The translations under genes were made by a program, and so were the position numbers. 64,000 nt of DNA, taken from the NCBI GenBank assembly GCA_959608885.1, contig CAUHSG010000010.1:2441-66440 (forward strand), read 5' to 3'. Positions 37,834 to 44,657 of this stretch are shown in pieces. Numbering within the stretch: the stretch's first letter is position 1; each line of letters starts with the position of its first letter. The notes below the pieces were generated by a model, which had not been told where the DNA came from, ran no database searches, and was given only the letters and a program-made list of their open reading frames with translations. This stretch comes from an uncultured Coriobacteriia bacterium. Lineage in GTDB: Bacteria > Actinomycetota > Coriobacteriia > Coriobacteriales > QAMH01.

Positions 37834-39351
37834 ATGTTCGAACAAGACCACATCTGGGTTGGACAGGGCGAAGTCCCCTGTAACCTGCTCCTCAACCAGG
37901 CAAACCGCCATGGAATCATCGCCGGAGCATCCGGCACCGGCAAGACCGTGACCCTCAAGGTGCTCGCCGAAGGCTTCTCGAAAGCCGGCGTCCCCGTCTT
38001 CATGGCCGACGTAAAGGGCGACGTCACCGGCATCGCACAACCGGGAGACGATACCGAGAACATCGCCAAGCGCGTCGAGAAGTTCGGCATCGAGAACTGG
38101 CAGCTCGAGGGTTGCCCCACGCGTCTATGGGATATGCTAGGCGACCGCGGCGCGGTCGTGCGCATCACCATCTCGGACATAGGCCCCACCATGCTCGCAC
38201 GCCTGTTGGGCCTGACCGACGTGCAGGAAGGCGTGCTGGACATCGTCTTCCGCGTTGCAGACGACCAGCAAATGCTGCTCATCGACCTCAAGGACCTGCG
38301 CGCCATGCTCAACTACGTCTCCGAGCACGCCAAGGAGTTCGAGACCACCTATGGCAAGGTCTCGTCACAGTCGGTCGGCGCGATCCTACGCTCCCTCATC
38401 TCCATCGAGGACCAAGGTGGCGACATCTTCTTCGGCGAGCCCGACCTCGACCTCAACGACTGGTTCGCAACCGACGAGAACGGCCAGGGGTATGTCAACG
38501 TGCTCAACGCGGCGCGCCTCATCAACAGCCCGCAAATCTACGCGATGTTCCTGCTGTGGATGCTCAGCGAGCTGTTCGAGACGCTGCCCGAGGTGGGTGA
38601 TGCCGACAAGCCCAAGTTCGTCTTCTTCTTCGACGAGGCTCACCTGCTGTTCAGCGGCATGCCGAAGGAGCTGCTCGACAAGATCGTGCAGGTCGTGAAG
38701 CTCATCCGCTCCAAAGGCGTGGGCGTGTACTTCATCACGCAGTCACCGTCTGATATCCCCGACGAGGTGCTCGCGCAACTCTCGAACCGCATCCAGCACG
38801 GACTGCGCGCATACACCCCAGCCGAGCAGAAAGCCGTGAAGGCCGCCGCGCAATCCTTCCGCGAGAACCCGGCGTTCAACGCGAAGGACAAGATTCTCGA
38901 GCTTGGCACGGGCGAAGCGCTCGTCTCGTTTCTGGATGAAGAAGGCAAGCCCTCCATCGTCGAGTACGCAAAGATATTGCCGCCGCAGTGCCGCATGGCT
39001 GCCGCCGACCCCGAAGTCATCGACCGGATGCTTGCCGCACAGGAAGCGCTCATGAGCAAGTACGGCGAGGCAATCGACCGTGAATCAGCTTATGAGCTCA
39101 TCGGCAAGCAGGCCGAAGCGCTCGATGAGGAAGCCAGGCAAGCAGCCGAGCAGGCGCAAGCCGACATAGAGGCTGCCGAGGCCGAGAAACGGAAGGCGAA
39201 GGAGGCCGAAAAGGCCGCCGCAGCCGAGGAGAAGCGCGCCCAGAAAGCACAGCAAGAGGCCGTCAAGCAGGTGGGAAGCGTGCTCGGGCAGATTGGTCGC
39301 GAGGCGTCACGGCAGATCATCCGCGGCATCTTCGGCGCGCTCAAGAAGTGA
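37834..39351 (+). CDS. HerA-like/DUF853 (YjgR-type) P-loop ATPase with Lys/Ala/Glu-rich C-terminal coiled coil
   Basis: Walker A GASGTGKT and Walker B-like FVFFFDEAHLLF. The tail is AEAEKRKAKEAEKAAAAEEKRAQKAQQE. Confidence 0.8.
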   Translation: MFEQDHIWVGQGEVPCNLLLNQANRHGIIAGASGTGKTVTLKVLAEGFSKAGVPVFMADVKGDVTGIAQPGDDTENIAKRVEKFGIENWQLEGCPTRLWDMLGDRGAVVRITISDIGPTMLARLLGLTDVQEGVLDIVFRVADDQQMLLIDLKDLRAMLNYVSEHAKEFETTYGKVSSQSVGAILRSLISIEDQGGDIFFGEPDLDLNDWFATDENGQGYVNVLNAARLINSPQIYAMFLLWMLSELFETLPEVGDADKPKFVFFFDEAHLLFSGMPKELLDKIVQVVKLIRSKGVGVYFITQSPSDIPDEVLAQLSNRIQHGLRAYTPAEQKAVKAAAQSFRENPAFNAKDKILELGTGEALVSFLDEEGKPSIVEYAKILPPQCRMAAADPEVIDRMLAAQEALMSKYGEAIDRESAYELIGKQAEALDEEARQAAEQAQADIEAAEAEKRKAKEAEKAAAAEEKRAQKAQQEAVKQVGSVLGQIGREASRQIIRGIFGALKK

Positions 39352-39353
39352 GC

Positions 39354-40256
39354 ATGCGCCAACATCGCAAGAATGAGACAAATGCCCTGGGCAAATGTCT
39401 CATTTTGCTGCTCGTCGCAGCGCTCGCGCTGTTGCCGGGATGCTCATCGGCGCTGTCATCGCTGCCAACGACGGGACTCCCCTCGGGCGTCGAGTACACC
39501 GATCTTGGCACCCCCAACTTTGGCGAGCTTGCCGGACAAACCGAATCCTTCGAGGAGTACAGCCCGCTTGACGCGCTGGGGCGCTGTGGTGCGGCGACCG
39601 CGTGCATCGGTCGTGACCTCATGCCCACCAAGGAGCGGGGGCAGATCAGCTCCATCAAGCCCACGGGCTGGCAGCGCGCCGAGTACGACTTCATCGACGG
39701 CGGCCTGCTCTACAATCGCTGCCACCTCATCGCCTACAGCCTCACCGCCGAAGACCTCAACGAGCGAAACCTCATCACTGGCACGCGGCAGATGAACCTC
39801 GCGATGACCGAGTTCGAGAAACTCGTGTGCGACTACGTGGAAGACACCGGCAATCACGTGCTATACCGGGTCACGCCCGTATTCGAGGGCGTCGAGCTCG
39901 TCGCGCGGGGCGTGCAGATGGAGGCACTTTCCATGGAGGATAACGGCGAGGCTATCTGCTTCAACGTCTTCATCCCCAACGAACAAGACGGCGTTGGCAT
40001 TGACTATCTAACAGGGTATAGCTGGCTAGCTGGAGAGAGTGGAGGCACGGGCTCGAAGAACGGCGAAGGCGCTGCCGGGAGAAGTGGCGACGAGACCACG
40101 TGCGTCTACGTGCTCAACACGAGCAGTAAGCGCTTCCACCTCCCCACCTGCGATTCCGTCCCCACCATCAGCGCGAAGAACAAAGCCGAAAGTGATAAGT
40201 CCCGTGACGAATTGATAGCCGAGAGCTACAAGCCCTGCGGCAGCTGCAAGCCGTAG
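39354..40256 (+). CDS. secreted lipoprotein DNA/RNA nuclease (EndA/DNA-entry-nuclease-like) with C-terminal Cys motif domain
   Basis: Lipobox LLPGC, nuclease core YNRCHLIAYSL..ITGTRQMN, and C-terminus RFHLPTCDS..YKPCGSCKP. The signal n-region is encoded by type-2 repeat 39373-39403. Confidence 0.8.
   Translation: MRQHRKNETNALGKCLILLLVAALALLPGCSSALSSLPTTGLPSGVEYTDLGTPNFGELAGQTESFEEYSPLDALGRCGAATACIGRDLMPTKERGQISSIKPTGWQRAEYDFIDGGLLYNRCHLIAYSLTAEDLNERNLITGTRQMNLAMTEFEKLVCDYVEDTGNHVLYRVTPVFEGVELVARGVQMEALSMEDNGEAICFNVFIPNEQDGVGIDYLTGYSWLAGESGGTGSKNGEGAAGRSGDETTCVYVLNTSSKRFHLPTCDSVPTISAKNKAESDKSRDELIAESYKPCGSCKP
39373..39403. repeat. type-2 hairpin repeat inside the nuclease signal-peptide coding region
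   Basis: ATGAGACAAATGCCCTGGGCAAATGTCTCAT, translated as NETNALGKCLI. Confidence 0.8.
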
Positions 40257-40446
40257 GCGGGGCGCTGCCCCAGGAGCAAGCTTCCTCCCGATATCCCATA
40301 TATGACCAAATTAATACGGGACTTTCTCGGTTTTCTGTCGCAAGTATCTCGAAATTTGCCCGATTTCAGTCGGCGAAACTGTTGGATTCGCTCGTTAGCA
40401 TAGCTAGGGAGTGAAGACGAGTGCCGCATCCTTATCGTTTCGCATA

Positions 40447-40476
40447 TTGCTAGTAGATACCTATTGGACTTATAAT
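40447..40476 (+). promoter_or_regulatory. sigma-70-like promoter of brnTA-1
   Basis: TTGCTA, 18 nt, TATAAT, followed by GAAAGGTGG and ATG 40499. Confidence 0.5.
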
Positions 40477-40498
40477 AGACACTTGAAAGGTGGTTCGT

Positions 40499-40774
40499 AT
40501 GGAGTTCGAATACGATCCAGCTAAGAGCACGACAAACCTCCTCAAGCATGGCATTGATTTCGAGGAGGCGCAGTCGCTATGGGAGGACCCAAACCTAGTT
40601 CGATTTCCCATTGATTGTGGCGGAGAAAAACGCTGGGGTGTTATATCGCACTACTCTGGGAGCCGATGGGTTGCGGTCTGCACAACACGGGGCAACAACA
40701 CGCGAATCATTTCAGTACGTCGGGCAACCAGAAAAGAGGCTGCATTTTATGACAAGAAAAACAATGACCGATGA
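40499..40774 (+). CDS. brnT: BrnT-family (DUF497) toxin
   Basis: MEFEYDPAKSTTNLLKHGIDFEEA..RIISVRRATRKE is the typical DUF497 pattern. Confidence 0.8.
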   Translation: MEFEYDPAKSTTNLLKHGIDFEEAQSLWEDPNLVRFPIDCGGEKRWGVISHYSGSRWVAVCTTRGNNTRIISVRRATRKEAAFYDKKNNDR

Positions 40775-41009
40775 GGAGTTTGACGAGTACTTCGACAATG
40801 GTGGCGACATTACTCCCTTTATCGTCGAGGATTCTGTCGAATTTCCCAATCGCGATGACAGGGCCCGCAAGGTAAACATCAGCATGCCGGAGTGGATGAT
40901 TGAAGAGCTTGACGCCACGGCACGTCACTTCGCGACCACACGACAAGGCGTCATTAACATGTGGATTGGCGAACGCCTGGAGAACGAGCGCCGCAAAACC
41001 ATGACCTAG
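40749..41009 (+). CDS. brnA: BrnA-type antitoxin (RHH/CopG-like C-terminus)
   Basis: Overlaps the brnT 3' end. KVNISMPEWMIEELDATARHFATTRQGVINMWIGERL is RHH-like. ATG 40764 is an alternative start. Confidence 0.65.
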   Translation: MTRKTMTDEEFDEYFDNGGDITPFIVEDSVEFPNRDDRARKVNISMPEWMIEELDATARHFATTRQGVINMWIGERLENERRKTMT

Positions 41010-41012
41010 TAA

Positions 41013-41048
41013 AACCAGACAAAAGTGCCCCGGCGACAACTGTCTGGG
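41013..41048. repeat. REP-like palindromic element type 1 (orientation A)
   Basis: AACCAGACAAAAGTGCCCCGGCGACAACTGTCTGGG. Confidence 0.85.
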
Positions 41049-41125
41049 CACAATGAAAAGCGGGGCGGTTGCTCGAGGCAACCGTCCCGCTCGTTTTTGC
41101 TACTAAGCTGCCGCGCTTTGGGATG

Positions 41126-41674
41126 CTACACGGCCTGGGAGGAAAGGATCTTAGAAAGCTCCTGGGCGCTATTGAAGGGAAGCGAGTCGCGCGGACCGCT
41201 CACCTGGACCACGTCGCCTTCCCACACCCTGCCTTCATCGGAGAACTTGGGAGAATGCACGATGTAGCTGAAGCGCAGGCGCTTCTGGCTTGCATCGGGG
41301 CTCACGTTAGGGTCGTAGTTGAGATTGTCCAGCAGCTCGCGCATGCCGTCGACATAGGCCTGCGGATCGTTGGAGTCGAGACGCACCACGCCGACCTCGG
41401 GGTTGTAGAGCACGCCGTCGGAAATGAATATGGTGCGCATGCGCTCGCGGCGCCTCTTCTCGGCGATGTGAATGGCGATGCACAGGCCAATGGTTATGAT
41501 CCACCAAAGAATAGTGATGACCAGGTCGCGCATGTCAATGAGGTGGAAACCGAGGTAGTTCCAGAGCCACAGGAAGGCAACCGAGGCTACCATCAGAATC
41601 GCGATAATGATTACGTTGCTTTTTCGCACCGCTTCACCTTCTTCCTGCATCGCGTTCCCATCCAGCGGAATCAT
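41126..41674 (-). CDS. hypothetical membrane protein (two N-terminal TM segments plus a soluble domain)
   Basis: NVIIIAILMVASVAFLWLW and ITILWWIITIGLCIAIHI TM segments. I recognise no family. Confidence 0.5.
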   Translation of the reverse strand: MIPLDGNAMQEEGEAVRKSNVIIIAILMVASVAFLWLWNYLGFHLIDMRDLVITILWWIITIGLCIAIHIAEKRRRERMRTIFISDGVLYNPEVGVVRLDSNDPQAYVDGMRELLDNLNYDPNVSPDASQKRLRFSYIVHSPKFSDEGRVWEGDVVQVSGPRDSLPFNSAQELSKILSSQAV

Positions 41675-41744
41675 ATAACATTCAAACGAATAATTACCCT
41701 GTCAAACTGCTAAACGTAATGACGTGCAAGGGAACAGGATGCGC

Positions 41745-41780
41745 AAAAACGAGGAGGGTGGTTCATGAACCACCCTCCTC
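41745..41780 (-). terminator. intrinsic terminator after surface gene S1
   Basis: The minus strand reads GAGGAGGGTGGTT-CATG-AACCACCCTCCTC followed by GTTTTTG. Confidence 0.7.
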
Positions 41781-41806
41781 TTGTTGTCTGCCTGCGAATA
41801 TCTAGA

Positions 41807-44278
41807 TTACATCGCCTGGAAGGCGCCGTTGCTCACGCGGGATTCCGCCACCTGCTCATCGCGCTTCCTTCCCATGATGTGGTCCTCGAAGTCGTCCATG
41901 TCGCGGGCGCTGTGGCGACGGGCGTACAGAACGCCCAGGCCGTAGACGATGGTGACGAGCGCGCCGAAGATCATCAGCCAGTGCGTCCAGCAGTGGATCT
42001 CCTCGAAGGCGGCCAGCGCGTTGGCGTCATCGTCGATGGTGGTGATGTCGGCCAGCGGGTTCTCGGCATCGCCGATGGCCTCGACGGCCGCAACAGCAGC
42101 TGCGGCTGCCGCAGGAGCGACGGCGTCAGCGGGGGTCGCAACTGCGGGAGCAACTGCGGGACCGGCGGGAGTATCGGTCGTGGCGGTGCCATCACCCGGC
42201 GTAGTCGGGGTCACGGGGTTGGTGGGGTCGGTCGGATTCGTCGGGTCGGTCGGAACGACCGGCACGGTCGGATTGTCGGGTTGCACGGCCGTCCACAGAG
42301 CCGTGAAGGTGATGTTGCCGGCCTCGTCGACGGCAGGCTCGCTCCAACCGGCAAAGTCATAGCCCTCGCGGGTGGGGTTGGCCGGGTTGCCGCCGGTATA
42401 GCCATTCACCTTGTAAGCAGTGGTGGAGTCAATCACGGGATCCGTGCCGTCGTCGTAGCCCTTGAGCCAGGTCACGGTAATCATCTTGGGGACGGGGGTG
42501 TACTCGGCCCTGTAGGTGACATCACCGTCTTCAACAGACTTAGTCCAGCTGTTGAAGGCATAGGTGAAATTGTCATCTTCGGGTCGTGTCGGATCATTTT
42601 GAGTATCTGCTGCAGGAATATTCTCTTCGCCAACAGCAATGGTCGTATGGAGTTCATCGCCATTCCAATTAACCCATGTTACGGTGTACTTGGGAATTGC
42701 TGTATAGGTTGCCTTGTAGGTTATATCGCCGGCATCAGTCTTGCTGTCAACAACCCATCCGGCAAACTTGTAGGTGTTGTCGTCGTCCTCGGCCTTTGTC
42801 GGAACAGCGCCAGGGTATTCGGGCTCGCTAGCAGTCAGGCCATCGTCGCTCAGCTTGAAATCCGCCTTGGCGAGCACGGTGGCACCGTCTTCGTCTATCC
42901 AGCAAGCGGTGAGAAGCCTCCACGCGGCGGTGATGGTAACGCTGTCCTTATCGTAGACGGGCAGTCCCCATCCAAGGAACTCGTAGCCAGCGCGCGACGG
43001 GTTGGCGGGATTTGCCAAGGCCTTCGCGTTATCTTCGGTATCACTGGACGTACCGCCCTTCAGGACCTTGCCCTTTTGAAGCACCTGGGAAGTATAGCCA
43101 TCGAACCAGTAGACAGGGCAGCTGGGAAGCATGGGGATGGGCCTCTTTTGCACATAACCGCAATCAACGCAGCTACGCGACTCGAGACCTTCGGAATCGA
43201 TCGTGGGCTCGGTCACGACTTTCCACCCGGTGAAATCGTGTGCGGCATATTCAACACCGCCCTCCTCTTCGCCATTGCACCACTCGCACGCTTTCTTGTG
43301 CTGCGCATCGTCAGCAAAGATCCACTCGACCTTTTCAAAACTGTGTCCATGGGCCGGAGTCTCGGTCTTCGAAATGATCGTTTTGCAAACCGGGCAGCTC
43401 TTCGTGTAGGCACCGGGTTTCGTGCAGGTGGCAGTGGCAACATCCTCGTACACCCAGTGACCGTCGTTTTCCGCCCAGTCCTCATGCTCGCAGTAGACCG
43501 TCAGGATGCCAAACTCTTCATTAACAACTCGATAGTCGTTCTCGATGAAAGACGACTTATAGGCGACCGTGTATTCCATATTGGCTGACGTTCCAACCTC
43601 CGTTTGGGATGAAGTGGTCGTCACTGTTACAGTCCCGGTGTCATCAGAATCATGGTTCATGAGCAGGCCCTCAACGTGACCAGGCGCCGTGAGTGGAGTG
43701 CCATCGTATTTCTTCTTGGCAGAATCGGTCACAACAGTGAGAGGAGCGGGGGAGATGTTGTATTCGAGACTCGCGATTTCCTTGCCGTCGACAAAAACAT
43801 GGCAATTGTATTTTCCGGCGTGGAACCATAGCTTGTCGTGCCCGTCTTCGGAAGACCATGTGTATGTGTAGTCCTTCGATTCGAGTTGCTGGCCGTTCTT
43901 GGTGACGATAACTTCAGGTTCCTGCTGAAGAGCGTTATAGGTTGCGGAACTTGACGAAAGCCTCGCCGCGAATCCCGTAACAGGATCCTCTTGACCTTCG
44001 TTTTGCTTCTGCTGCTCGTCCTTCTCGTTCTCGAGTGCGAGCGTGGTGATTTCGGCCTTCTCTATGACCTTGGCGCTATCCTCCTGGCCGGAAGACTTCT
44101 CCTTCTTCTCCTTCTCCGCCTCCTGCATCAACTCGGAGTCGGTGCTCGAACCGAGCGCGGCGCTCGCAATGGGAATGATAGTGAGAGTCGACACGGCAAA
44201 CACGATGGCGATAAAGCCCGAGAGGCACTTGCCCCATACCGTATCCTTTGGCTCCCTGTACTTTCTCTGTTGCTTCAT
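41807..44278 (-). CDS. giant surface protein S1 (824 aa): shared signal region, MBG-like and Cys/His modules, Listeria-Bacteroides (Flg_new)-type repeats, Pro/Thr stalk, shared C-terminal TM tail
   Basis: I chose start ATG 44278 (MKQQRKYREPKDTVWGKCL..PIASA) by analogy with S2 and S3. Repeats include SRAGYEFLGWG, YKFAGWVV..YKATYTA and REGYDFAGWSE..FTALWTA. The tail is ENPLADITTIDDDANALAAFEEIHCWTHWLMIFGALVTIVYGLGVLYARRH..DMDDFE..NGAFQAM. Confidence 0.85.
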   Translation of the reverse strand: MKQQRKYREPKDTVWGKCLSGFIAIVFAVSTLTIIPIASAALGSSTDSELMQEAEKEKKEKSSGQEDSAKVIEKAEITTLALENEKDEQQKQNEGQEDPVTGFAARLSSSSATYNALQQEPEVIVTKNGQQLESKDYTYTWSSEDGHDKLWFHAGKYNCHVFVDGKEIASLEYNISPAPLTVVTDSAKKKYDGTPLTAPGHVEGLLMNHDSDDTGTVTVTTTSSQTEVGTSANMEYTVAYKSSFIENDYRVVNEEFGILTVYCEHEDWAENDGHWVYEDVATATCTKPGAYTKSCPVCKTIISKTETPAHGHSFEKVEWIFADDAQHKKACEWCNGEEEGGVEYAAHDFTGWKVVTEPTIDSEGLESRSCVDCGYVQKRPIPMLPSCPVYWFDGYTSQVLQKGKVLKGGTSSDTEDNAKALANPANPSRAGYEFLGWGLPVYDKDSVTITAAWRLLTACWIDEDGATVLAKADFKLSDDGLTASEPEYPGAVPTKAEDDDNTYKFAGWVVDSKTDAGDITYKATYTAIPKYTVTWVNWNGDELHTTIAVGEENIPAADTQNDPTRPEDDNFTYAFNSWTKSVEDGDVTYRAEYTPVPKMITVTWLKGYDDGTDPVIDSTTAYKVNGYTGGNPANPTREGYDFAGWSEPAVDEAGNITFTALWTAVQPDNPTVPVVPTDPTNPTDPTNPVTPTTPGDGTATTDTPAGPAVAPAVATPADAVAPAAAAAAVAAVEAIGDAENPLADITTIDDDANALAAFEEIHCWTHWLMIFGALVTIVYGLGVLYARRHSARDMDDFEDHIMGRKRDEQVAESRVSNGAFQAM

Positions 44279-44382
44279 GTGCTTCACCGGCCTTCCCTCG
44301 GTCCCCTGCTTCTCTCCTCGCGCCAACGGCATTGCGGAGCATGCGCCCACGCGTACGACGCGTATGTAAACGGGATGGCCGT

Positions 44383-44388
44383 AGTATA
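44383..44388 (-). promoter_or_regulatory. candidate -10 (TATACT) of the S1 promoter
   Basis: The minus strand reads GGAAATTGCCCCGTCAATATACT, 105 nt upstream of the S1 ATG. The same arrangement sits 106 nt upstream of S2. Confidence 0.45.
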
Positions 44389-44657
44389 TTGACGGGGCAA
44401 TTTCCGCGCTGAGCTGGGATTTCTCCGAAAGACGCCAATATGGCTCCAGGGTTATGACAGGGTAAATGACCCCTGCTCTGACCTGCGAATTTCGGTAACT
44501 GGCCAGATAATCAGTGATGGGCACATTCACTAAATGAACGTCATTTGACATTGTATTGATTGTGTATTGAGAGGAAAAAGGGCGTACTATTGACCGTGTT
44601 CCTCTCCCGGGCACCCGTGGAGACAGGGAAAGGCACCGGACAGCAAGGACGGCGCAC

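Noticed and set aside
44522-44572. AAATGAACGTCATTT near-palindrome and GTATTGA direct repeats upstream of R1 as a conserved R-binding operator. ATGCTAGG direct repeats occur at 49981-49999 upstream of R2.
   Set aside because: The motifs are not shared between the R1, R2 and R3 upstream regions, so I cannot argue for a common operator from sequence alone.
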